Shown here: positions 9,743 through 18,181 of the stretch, one piece after another
How positions within the stretch are numbered: the first letter of the stretch is position 1
Layout: every line of letters starts with the position of its first letter
From: a candidate division WOR-3 bacterium
GTDB lineage: Bacteria > Hydrothermota > Tepidihabitantia > Tepidihabitantales > Tepidihabitantaceae
DNA length: 43,292 bases
Assembly: GCA_965648905.1 (NCBI GenBank)
Contig: CBFGIT010000022.1
Coordinates: 1 to 43,292, forward strand
Reading direction: 5' to 3'
Program-made: the position numbers and the translations under genes
The notes under the pieces: generated by a model
Told to the model about the DNA's origin: nothing
What the model saw: only the letters and a program-made list of their open reading frames with translations
Database searches by the model: none

Positions 9743-10578
9743 GTCATGCTTCGACGACTCGCCGCCGCGATACTCAGAACAGGCTGATTCGCCGCCAGTC
9801 GTTCGATGCTGTTGCCCGGCTCTACGACCAACACCGACCCGGCTATCCCGAGCAGTTGTTCGACGACCTGGTGCGTCTGTCCGGTATTCCAGCCTGCGGC
9901 CGAGTACTGGAAATCGGTCCCGGCACAGGTCAGGCGACGCTCCCCCTGGCCCGCCGTGGGCTAAGTATCGTCGGGCTGGAACTCGGGCCCCGTACTGCCC
10001 GGCTCTGCCGCGCCAACCTGAAACAGTTCCCGAACGTGGAAATCATTTGCCAGGCATTCGAAAGCTGGCAACCCGAACCCGGGTCTTTCGACCTGGTCCT
10101 CGCGGCCGGGGCGTTCCACTGGCTCAAGCCCGGCCTCGCCTTCTCCCGCAGCGCATCTGCCCTTAAGCGCACCGGCCACCTTGCCATCGTCTACAACTTC
10201 CGCGAAGTATCAGGCACCCCCATTCTCGACGCGCTGCTCGACGTCTACCGCCGATTCGCTCCCCACCTCGCTCACCCGCGCCCCCCTGAGGCACGCATCG
10301 AGCTACAGTGTCGGAAGATCAACAACTCGGGCCGATTCGGCCCGGTCACGGTCGTGCGCTATCCCTGGACCCGACCCTACACCGCCGACGAGTATGTCGG
10401 CCTGCTCAAGACCATGTCCGACCATGCCGTCCTCGCCACCGACGTGCGTCGTAACATCTTCCGTGCTGTCCGCCAGGTCATCAGAAACTACAACGGCATC
10501 TTCATCCGTCCGCTCGTCGCCGTTCTGCTCCTCGCTCCGCGCCGCCCCACCTCCGCCCTTTGCCCTTCCGCGTTCTGA
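9739..10578 (+). CDS. class I SAM-dependent methyltransferase
   Basis: SFDAVARLYDQHRPGYP, VLEIGPGTG, AFHW; ATGA overlap with the upstream gene. Confidence 0.9.
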   Translation: MSHASTTRRRDTQNRLIRRQSFDAVARLYDQHRPGYPEQLFDDLVRLSGIPACGRVLEIGPGTGQATLPLARRGLSIVGLELGPRTARLCRANLKQFPNVEIICQAFESWQPEPGSFDLVLAAGAFHWLKPGLAFSRSASALKRTGHLAIVYNFREVSGTPILDALLDVYRRFAPHLAHPRPPEARIELQCRKINNSGRFGPVTVVRYPWTRPYTADEYVGLLKTMSDHAVLATDVRRNIFRAVRQVIRNYNGIFIRPLVAVLLLAPRRPTSALCPSAF

Positions 10579-10620
10579 CTCCTGTACTTCGCCTCGCCTC
10601 CTCCCTCTGCCCTGAAAGAT

Positions 10621-11100
10621 AGGTAGAGTCACCAACAAGGCTCTCCAATCCCGATATTGAGCCTCGGACTTGATGGGATCACGCGGTTGGTAGTCCGATT
10701 GACTGAGTAGACCGTCGTCCGGTGGGTTTCGGAATGCGGCACACTTGCGGAATCGGCCGTTACCAGACGCTTGCGGGCAAGCCGGATGGTCTCTGGTGTC
10801 GTCTTCCCTGCCGGGCTGAGGGGTGCTGCGGTGGGTTGGGCAAGGGGAGGCGCGGGCGGATGGGCAGGGGGGTCGGCACCGGTCTGGGTCCGGGTCTGGG
10901 ACCCGCGAACGCATCGGGCCAGGGCGCGGGCCGCCGAAACCCCCGGGGCGGCGACGGGCGCAGGGGTTGCCGAAAGGATTGGGGCAGGGGAAGGCGTAGC
11001 CGCTTCGCCTGGGGCTGCCCAATGGGGTTCGGCCGGGGTCGGGGCAGGGGGTTCCGAAAGGGGAACCGTCCCCCTTACCAGCCAGGGGATGGTCATATGG
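10621..11100. repeat. G-skewed degenerate 6/12-bp periodic region
   Basis: ggggca ggggaa ggcgta gccgct tcgcct ggggct ... ggggtc ggggca gggggt; G runs fit the G-quadruplex pattern. Confidence 0.55.
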
Positions 11101-11110
11101 TAGGACGAAG

Positions 11111-11218
11111 GTAGAATGCAGAAGGCAGAATACAGATTGCAGAGTGCAGAATGGCAGAGGTGCAGAAAAGACGAAAGTAGGCAGGAGTGCGGACAGAGGC
11201 CGAAGGCAGAGTGAGAAT
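11111..11218. repeat. heptamer tandem repeat (GCAGAAT-like)
   Basis: gtagaat gcagaag gcagaat acagatt gcagagt gcagaat; 11120-11135 is the exact reverse complement of 331-346. Confidence 0.75.
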
Positions 11219-11282
11219 CGACTGCCAAGATGGCTCCTGCGGACACCCGGTGCCAGCGCGGCTTTCTGAAGACAGGGCCAGA

Positions 11283-11310
11283 CCTGCCCGCCTGCCTGGG
11301 CGCGGGCAGG
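11283..11310. repeat. short REP-like palindrome
   Basis: CCTGCCCGC-N10-GCGGGCAGG. Confidence 0.5.
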
Positions 11311-11333
11311 CCCGACTGGTGATAGTATCGAAG

Positions 11334-11537
11334 GTTGGCGCAATCTGGAAATCGAGCCGTTCCTGGGTTACACTGCGTCTAAATACCTGGCTGCCCTTCA
11401 TGTCACCTGACGGGGGTGAAGTATTTGCGTACTCATTAGACGCCGGTGACTGAAGCAAGGCAGCCTCTCTTCTTCACTCCAGTTCACACCGCAATGTCGG
11501 AACTAGGGGGCTCGCGGTCCGGCGTTATGGTGTTGGC
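11334..11537 (+). ncRNA. candidate 6S RNA-like structured RNA
   Basis: nested helices form a ~200-nt rod with an internal bubble (11378-11388 / 11466-11489); most G-U pairs favour the + strand; TGaTAGTAT extended -10 at 11320-11328. Confidence 0.45.
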
Positions 11538-11581
11538 GGTCTGACCGCTGACTGGACCGGCGCGGCCCACCGCGGACCGGC

Positions 11582-13003
11582 TTAGCGCCGAGCCGGCTTC
11601 TCGAACTCGAGCACCTTGATGCCGACGTTGCCGACCACGCCCAGGATTTCGGCCTGTTTGCTCAGCTCGCCCTCAGCCAGCCTCAGACGCACGGCCGAAG
11701 CCGGGAACTCGCCAAAGGTCGCGTCCACCGGCACCCACCGGCCCAGCCAGACTTCGTTCCAGGCGTGGTAGTAGAACGCACCGTCCATGTAGACCAGGCC
11801 GACCGCGATCCGGGCCGGGATCCCGGCCGCGCGTGCCAGTGCGCCAAGCAGGACCGCGTGCTCATTGCAGTCACCTTTCATCGTCTTGAGCACGTCGAGC
11901 GCGGTCGGGAAGCTTGCGGTTGCCTGTTTCTCAACGACCGTGAACACCCACGACACCAGCTTGCGCGCCGCGGCCACCCCGTCCGCCTCTTGTCCGACGA
12001 CTTCGGCGGCCTTGGCCCGGATTGCGCCGTCGTCGCAAGACATCGAGACGCTGGGTTTGAGGAACTCAGGCTGGCCTGAAACCGGCAGGCTCACCGGCGA
12101 ATCAGGCGCAGCCACGGTCGAGACTTCCACCACCAGCGGGCTCTCGGAGACGAGCTTCTGACCGGGCCCGATCAGGTCGTACTCCTTCGGATCAATGCCG
12201 GTAACCGCGACCTTCAGCCGGCTCACTGACCCGGGCTCAACGATGTTCGTATCCGCGGGTACGCGGAACATGGTCAGAACGTCCACCCGGGCTTCGCCGG
12301 ACTCGTCGGCCAGAATCGTCTTCGGGTCCACGCGCTCGGAACGCATGTTCGGCGGCGAAGTTTCAATCACCACCATGCCGTCGTCATCAACCCAGCTCGT
12401 CACTTCAAGCCGCGCCATCTTCGTCACGACTTTGGTGCAGTCGTACTCCCGACCCGCAACCGTCTTCTTCTCCCGGCCCATCACCCGCACCTCGGCCGGC
12501 ACCACGTCAAGCACCGCGGCATCAAAAACCGGCACGCGGTAGACCGAATCTGCGGACAACTTGCGGACATGCACCAGCCGGCCAAGCGCGGCAACCGGGA
12601 ACACCTGCCGTTCGATCTTGACGATTCTCTGACTGCCGCCGGCCGGAACGATACGCAGCTCGTTGCCCGTGACCAGACCGGTGACCTTGAACGACCGTTC
12701 CTGCGACCCGAAGTTGAACTCGAAGTCGCGCAGGGCCAGGTCAGGCCCGGTATTGGCCTCAGAACTCGACGTTACCCGCTGAGTCTTGCCGGCCATCGCC
12801 AGTGTCATCCTTACCGAACTCTCGAACCGGAACCCGTCCCGGGTCTTGTCCATCCGGTACACCGAATATCCCACGCGCTGGTCAGCGATGTAGTTTGCAA
12901 GCCAGACCTCGTGGCCGGAAGTGCGGGCCGGCCTCGAAGGTCGAGTGCCGCAGCCGACAACAACCAGTACCGCGGGCACCAAGCAAAGCAGTATCTTCTT
13001 CAT
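11582..13003 (-). CDS. transglutaminase-like cysteine protease lipoprotein
   Basis: MKKILL...VVVGC lipobox; GDCNEH, HAWNEV, DATF Cys-His-Asp triad. Confidence 0.88.
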   Translation of the reverse strand: MKKILLCLVPAVLVVVGCGTRPSRPARTSGHEVWLANYIADQRVGYSVYRMDKTRDGFRFESSVRMTLAMAGKTQRVTSSSEANTGPDLALRDFEFNFGSQERSFKVTGLVTGNELRIVPAGGSQRIVKIERQVFPVAALGRLVHVRKLSADSVYRVPVFDAAVLDVVPAEVRVMGREKKTVAGREYDCTKVVTKMARLEVTSWVDDDGMVVIETSPPNMRSERVDPKTILADESGEARVDVLTMFRVPADTNIVEPGSVSRLKVAVTGIDPKEYDLIGPGQKLVSESPLVVEVSTVAAPDSPVSLPVSGQPEFLKPSVSMSCDDGAIRAKAAEVVGQEADGVAAARKLVSWVFTVVEKQATASFPTALDVLKTMKGDCNEHAVLLGALARAAGIPARIAVGLVYMDGAFYYHAWNEVWLGRWVPVDATFGEFPASAVRLRLAEGELSKQAEILGVVGNVGIKVLEFEKPARR

Positions 13004-13010
13004 CTCTATC

Positions 13011-13131
13011 AGCCTATTCCGGCTTGCCCCGGTGTCAACTTCGGCCTCGGGCTGTGGCCGCGACCGGCGCGAGGCAATTGGCGAACCGGCCCGGCGTTTG
13101 TTTTGACTGAACCCCAGGCCTTGCGTATACT
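13011..13131. promoter_or_regulatory. divergent promoters transglutaminase (-) / C25 protease (+)
   Basis: -: TTGACA(13038-13033)-16-TAGGCT, 7 nt to ATG; +: TTGACT(13103)-17-TATACT(13126-13131). Confidence 0.65.
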
Positions 13132-13223
13132 TGTATTTCCCCTTTCGGGGACAAGCTGGCCGGCGTGAGCGCAGCGCTCGGCCCAATCGTCCGGTGAAGT
13201 CAAATACCAACAGGAGGTCCTTG

Positions 13224-16200
13224 ATGACCAAGCGAGTAGTGACCGCTCTGGCGGTCCTGCTGGCGGCCGGTTTCTCTCTTGCCGACTGGCTGTCGGTCGG
13301 CGGCACTTCCGGCAGTGCCAGGATATCAGTGGTCGAGCAGAGCTCGAACGGCACGACGTTTGAAGTCATGGTGCCGGGCGTTGAGGTGACCGAAACCAGC
13401 ATCGAGGGATACCAGTTCTCGCTGGTGACCCTGCCCGGCGAGGTGTTCGCGAATCTCGAGCAGGGTAAGCCGCAGGTGCCGAAGGTATCGGTGCTCCTGG
13501 CGATTCCCTCAGGCGCACGCGTCACCACCCGCGTGCTTTCCCGCGAGACAAAGACGCTCAAGGTGGCGAACGTCTACCCGCTCCAGCCGCCGCTGCTGGA
13601 CAACCAGGAACCTGGGCCACTTTCGTTCAACCAGGCGTTCTATGCTCAAAGCGTGACCTACCCGGGCCGCGCCGTCTCCCTCATCGAAACCGGAGTCTGG
13701 CGCGACCTGGCCGTGGCGAACCTGCAGGTCTATCCGGTGCAGGTCAACCCGGGCAAGGGTGAGATCGAAGTCACCCAGCGCATCCGGGTGCGCGTTGATT
13801 ACTCGGGCGGCTCCTACCCGGCGACCGTGACCGACTGGATGGTGCCGGCCTACTCGCGCTATATCGACAACTTCCGGCATCTGCCCGTGTCGGTGCAGGA
13901 TGAGTATTCTGCCGGCGTCCGTTTCCTCGTCATCGGCCACAGCGACTACGCAACCCACTCTTACCTGAACGACTCGTTGCTCAACTGGGTCAAGCAGCGC
14001 GGTTACGACACGCGCGCCATCTACAAATCGAGCTGGACCGCGCAGGAAGTCAAGGACTCAATCAACGCCGAGTACACGCGCAACAACCCGAAAACGCTGC
14101 GCTGGGTTCTCCTGGTCGGTGAGTACGCTCAGATCCCGATGCGGGCGCAGGGCGGCGTGGGCCACGGCGACTACTGGTACAAGGACCTCGAACCCTGGTC
14201 GGCCGGCGACAACTACCCGGAAATCGGACTGGCCCGCTACTCGCCGACATCAAGCACCGACCTCGACAACCAGATCAGGAAGGCCCTGAAGTACGAGAAG
14301 AATCCGCCTTCGACCAGCAACTGGCTTGACAAGTACATGCTGCCGGCCCACTCCGAGCAGTACCCGGGCAAGTACTCGGGCTGCGTGCGCGGCATCTATC
14401 AGATGCCCAAGCCGTTCTGGGCCCCGTCGGTGGTTGAGACCGTAATGGGTTACTACACGGGCAACACCACGGTGACCAACAACATTAATGCCGGCCGCGG
14501 CATCGTCAACTACCGGGGCCACGGCGACACCCAGGAGTGGTGGTCGTGGGGCACGGAAGGATCGTGGTACAACTCGCACGTCGACGCGCTTGCCAACGGC
14601 GACCTGACCCCGGTCGTGTACAACATCGCGTGCAGTTGCGGCGACATCGCCGTCAGCGAGTGCCTGTCCGAGAAGTGGCTCAGGAAGTACCCGGGCGGCG
14701 CGGTCGCAAGCCTTGCCGCAACCCAGGCGTCTTACACTTACCCGAATCACGGCATCTGCTCGACACTCGTGCGCTCGACCTGCGATACGTGGACGATTAC
14801 CGTGCCGGGCGTGCGTAACTATACGATGCCTCAGACCAACCTGGCCGGCATCCACATGAACCTGGATGCTTATGTGGCCAAGTACTGGCCGGGCAGTCCG
14901 TATCCGGACAACATCTACATGTACAACATGCTCGGCAACCCGGCGATGGCGGTCTGGTCTGGCGGCATGCCGGCCTCGGCCAGCATCTCGGCCCCGGACT
15001 CGGTGCCGACCGGGCCGTACAACATGAACGTCACCGTTACTACCGGCGGCCAACCGGTCGAGGGCGCCCTGGTGTGCGCCTACAAGGTCCCGGACGTCTA
15101 CGTCGCTGAGCGGACCGACGCATCCGGCACGGCCACCCTGGCCCTGAACGCGGGCACGCCCGGCTCGATGCTCGTGACCGTGTCTGAAGGCCATGCCCGT
15201 TCCTCAGTCCCGGGCGTACCGCACACGCCGATTCTGCCCGGAACCAGGAACGTGATGGTCGGCGGTGGCGGCAACCCGCAACCGAACATCATCTACGTCT
15301 CGAACCAGGTCATCGACTCGACCGGCAACAACAACGGCCGATTCGACCCGGGCGAGACCGGTAAGATCTACGTGACGATTCGGAACAACGGCAATGCTGC
15401 AGCGCAGAACGTTACCGCACGTTTGTCGAGCAACAATGCCCAGTTCGTAGTCAGCGACCCGAACTCGAACTACGGCACGATTCCGCAGGACTCCAGCCGC
15501 AACAACCGGGCCGACCCGTTTGTCGCCGATGCCGGCTCCGGCATCCCGGGCGGCACCACCGTGACCTGTACGCTCAAGGTGCACTCGGACAACTTCGCCC
15601 ATGACTGGACGTTCACGTTCGGCCTGCAGGTCGGCGTACCGCCGATACCGGGCCAGCTCGTGTTCGACCTCGATACCGGCGCGGTGGCCCTGTCGGTCTG
15701 CGGCATCGGCTCGATCGGCTATGATGAGCCGCCGGCCTTTGACCTGGGCAGCGGATTCAGAGTGCCGAAGACCGCGTCCTCCTGCCTGTTCTACGGCTCG
15801 CTCGAAGCCGGCAACTCGGCTAACTACCTGGTCGACCACTTCTTCTCCCAGCCAGCGAACTCGGGCACGAATCACGACTGGCGTATGACCGACAGCTTCC
15901 GGATAGTGCTGCCGCCGTACCCGGCCGACGAGCACTGGCGCAACACAATGAGCGATGCCGGCCACCCGTCGCCCAAGGGTCTCAATGTCGAGGCGAACTG
16001 GTACATGCTCGCCAATCCGAACTACGACGACTTTGCAATTGTCACCTACGACTTCACCAACCAGGGTTCGCAGAGCATCGACGGACTGTACGTCGGATAC
16101 CACTGCGACTTCGACATCGGCTCAGACCCGACGACCAACGTCGCCGCGACCGATACAGTCCGTCGTCGGGTATGGATGAAGCAACAGTCGAGCGAGAACC

Positions 16201-16802
16201 CGACCGCAGGCCTTGTCATCCTCGAACCGGCCAACTTCCGCAACCTTGCCGCCATCGACCACGCAGTCTGGGTCTATCCGGACTCGTGCGTGACCGACAA
16301 CCAGAAGTACCGGATACTCAACGGTGCCATCGGACTGCGCAGCTCGAACCGGGCCTATGACTGGTCAATCGCCGCGTCCGCCGGCCCGTTCAACCTGCCG
16401 GTCGGCGGAACCCAGCGCGTTTCGTTCGCCGTAGTCGGCGCGACGACGATGAGCGGGTTCAGCGCCGCAGCCGAGAGCGCGCAGAACTGGTACAACGCCA
16501 ACCTGCTCGGGATTTCCGAACCCGAGGTTGTCAATGCGGCAACTGCCGAACGGCCACTGTTCCTGTCGCCGAACCCGTTCCGGGGCGGCACGTTCGTACA
16601 CTACTTCAGTCGGGCCGAAGGCCCGCTGGTCCTGACCGCGTACGACGCCACCGGCCGGGCCGTGGCCGAGCAGAGCTTCGCTGTCCGGGCCGGCGCGGGC
16701 CGCCTGTTCTGGCAGCCTAAGTTGCTCTCGCGCGGCATCTACTTCCTCAGAGTCTCGATGCCGAACCACGAATCGGTGAGCAAGTTCCTCCTGCTCGACT
16801 AG
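13224..16802 (+). CDS. gingipain-like C25 cysteine peptidase with propeptide and T9SS-type C-terminal domain
   Basis: signal peptide, C25 propeptide (GKPQVP, GVWRDL), VLLVGE, YRGHG (His), IACSCG (Cys), LLG-like MLGNPAM, terminal SPNPF...YDATGR...GIYFLRV; SD AGGAGG. Confidence 0.9.
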   Translation: MTKRVVTALAVLLAAGFSLADWLSVGGTSGSARISVVEQSSNGTTFEVMVPGVEVTETSIEGYQFSLVTLPGEVFANLEQGKPQVPKVSVLLAIPSGARVTTRVLSRETKTLKVANVYPLQPPLLDNQEPGPLSFNQAFYAQSVTYPGRAVSLIETGVWRDLAVANLQVYPVQVNPGKGEIEVTQRIRVRVDYSGGSYPATVTDWMVPAYSRYIDNFRHLPVSVQDEYSAGVRFLVIGHSDYATHSYLNDSLLNWVKQRGYDTRAIYKSSWTAQEVKDSINAEYTRNNPKTLRWVLLVGEYAQIPMRAQGGVGHGDYWYKDLEPWSAGDNYPEIGLARYSPTSSTDLDNQIRKALKYEKNPPSTSNWLDKYMLPAHSEQYPGKYSGCVRGIYQMPKPFWAPSVVETVMGYYTGNTTVTNNINAGRGIVNYRGHGDTQEWWSWGTEGSWYNSHVDALANGDLTPVVYNIACSCGDIAVSECLSEKWLRKYPGGAVASLAATQASYTYPNHGICSTLVRSTCDTWTITVPGVRNYTMPQTNLAGIHMNLDAYVAKYWPGSPYPDNIYMYNMLGNPAMAVWSGGMPASASISAPDSVPTGPYNMNVTVTTGGQPVEGALVCAYKVPDVYVAERTDASGTATLALNAGTPGSMLVTVSEGHARSSVPGVPHTPILPGTRNVMVGGGGNPQPNIIYVSNQVIDSTGNNNGRFDPGETGKIYVTIRNNGNAAAQNVTARLSSNNAQFVVSDPNSNYGTIPQDSSRNNRADPFVADAGSGIPGGTTVTCTLKVHSDNFAHDWTFTFGLQVGVPPIPGQLVFDLDTGAVALSVCGIGSIGYDEPPAFDLGSGFRVPKTASSCLFYGSLEAGNSANYLVDHFFSQPANSGTNHDWRMTDSFRIVLPPYPADEHWRNTMSDAGHPSPKGLNVEANWYMLANPNYDDFAIVTYDFTNQGSQSIDGLYVGYHCDFDIGSDPTTNVAATDTVRRRVWMKQQSSENPTAGLVILEPANFRNLAAIDHAVWVYPDSCVTDNQKYRILNGAIGLRSSNRAYDWSIAASAGPFNLPVGGTQRVSFAVVGATTMSGFSAAAESAQNWYNANLLGISEPEVVNAATAERPLFLSPNPFRGGTFVHYFSRAEGPLVLTAYDATGRAVAEQSFAVRAGAGRLFWQPKLLSRGIYFLRVSMPNHESVSKFLLLD

Positions 16803-16813
16803 GAGCAGACCAC

Positions 16814-16855
16814 AGAGAAGAGCCGGGGCGCACCCGCGCCCCGGCTCTCTTTCTC
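16814..16855. terminator. intrinsic terminator between convergent genes (probably bidirectional)
   Basis: 12-bp stem GAGCCGGGGCGC-ACCC-GCGCCCCGGCTC, T-rich 3' flank on both strands. Confidence 0.8.
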
Positions 16856-16867
16856 AGGTCGGCAGCT

Positions 16868-18181
16868 CTAGGTGGCCGGCTCGGTCCGCTCTTTGCACTC
16901 AATGCCGAGGCAGGCCAGTTCCGCAAGGACCGGCTCGTACATCTCAGGCAGCACCGGGATGTGGACTCCGGTAAGATTGAGTCTGCCTTCGAGGATCATG
17001 CGGACGGCAATTGCCGCGGGCAAACTGACGGTTCGGGCCATGGCCGAATCACCGTTCGGCACGCCGAAGTCGATGAGTGTCGAGTAGAGCCTCTCCCGGG
17101 GCCGGTCAGGATACTCAGCTACAAACTCGTGATGCAGGACAATCATGTCCCGTTCACCAGGCTTGTAGGCCATCTTCTGAAGCATCGTTCGAGCTAGGAT
17201 GTCGAGGTTCGACCCCTGGTCAAGACCAATCGGCCGGTTGTCGAACAGGCCGAGCCAGGCCAGCCGCTCGAGCACAGCGTGCTGCTCCGGCAACCCGAGC
17301 TTTCGAGCCGCACTGGCACGCCCCTCGGCATACTCGGCCAACCATTGGGCATAGGTAGCGTTCGCCAGCCCGGTGCGAACCGTCTCGTCTTTGAGAATCC
17401 CAAGGTCGGCAATCGCCTTCAGGGTTTCGCACCAACCGAAGTTGCGCAGGGTGCCGCGCAGCATGGTTCTGATACCGGCAAGTCCGTAGAGCTCGACATA
17501 GGGCAGCGAGTTGCGGTTGGGATAGGCCTCGAACTCGTACCCGTCCGCGACCTTGAGGGGCCAGCGGTGACCGAACAGCTCATGGCCCGGCACAAAGACC
17601 TCTCTGCCGTCCTTGAGGTACCGGGCATCGTTGCGTCCGGCCATGACTACGCCTTTCGGGCTCCAGGAGAACTTGTATCCGAGCGGGTTGTCGTTCGCCT
17701 CGGGCGCAGGCAGGCCGCCGCAGTACGACATGAAACTCGTCACCTTGCCGCCTGCCTGCTGTACCGAGTGAATGACGCGCATCGCGGACATGTGGTCGAT
17801 GCCCGGGTCGAGTCCGATTTCGTTCAGCAGGAGCACACCGGCAGCGCGGGCTTCCTGGTCAAGGCGGCGCATCGCATCACTCACATAGGAAGTGGTGACA
17901 AGCGGCCTGCGGTGTTTCAGGCAGAGACCGGCAACCTTAACGTGGTAGGTGTAGGGCAGCAGGCTGACAACAATATCGGCCTGAGCAACGAGCCGGTCCA
18001 GTGCTGCCTCATCGTCCACGAGCAGGGCCATGGCCTTACCGCGCGGATGCCGGCCGATGAGCTCTTCGGCCTTGGCCACGGTTCTGGTTCCGACCCAGAC
18101 CTCGAAATCGGGCAGGTTCAGCAGGTAACTAACCATGGGCCGGGAGACGAGGCCCGCCCCCAGCACGAGTGTTCTCTTCAC
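16868..18181 (-). CDS. saccharopine dehydrogenase (glutamate-forming, Lys9 / AASS-SDH type)
   Basis: LGAGLV, SLLPYTYH, EIGLDPGIDH, SYCGGLPAPE, YKFSWSP, YPNRNS, RGTLR, SAMARTV. Confidence 0.93.
   Translation of the reverse strand: MKRTLVLGAGLVSRPMVSYLLNLPDFEVWVGTRTVAKAEELIGRHPRGKAMALLVDDEAALDRLVAQADIVVSLLPYTYHVKVAGLCLKHRRPLVTTSYVSDAMRRLDQEARAAGVLLLNEIGLDPGIDHMSAMRVIHSVQQAGGKVTSFMSYCGGLPAPEANDNPLGYKFSWSPKGVVMAGRNDARYLKDGREVFVPGHELFGHRWPLKVADGYEFEAYPNRNSLPYVELYGLAGIRTMLRGTLRNFGWCETLKAIADLGILKDETVRTGLANATYAQWLAEYAEGRASAARKLGLPEQHAVLERLAWLGLFDNRPIGLDQGSNLDILARTMLQKMAYKPGERDMIVLHHEFVAEYPDRPRERLYSTLIDFGVPNGDSAMARTVSLPAAIAVRMILEGRLNLTGVHIPVLPEMYEPVLAELACLGIECKERTEPAT

Noticed and set aside
10722..11114. 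Gly/Arg-rich ORF resembling DUF5320-type proteins
   Set aside because: no MP..DGTGP-type start and no SD or promoter; explained by the G-rich periodic repeat
11370..11430. SRP RNA-like string on - (GTCAGGT...GCAGCCAGG...GACGC)
   Set aside because: lacks the helix-8 apical stem and GNRA loop; TGA/AAG cannot pair
11415..11445. hammerhead-like CTAATGAG on -
   Set aside because: core deviates from CUGAUGA and no GAAA follows stem II
13004..13561. long N-terminal extensions in the ORF track (transglutaminase; also 9322, 13131, 23511, 24545, 37984)
   Set aside because: they overlap other genes or promoters; signal peptides, SDs or ATGA coupling indicate later starts
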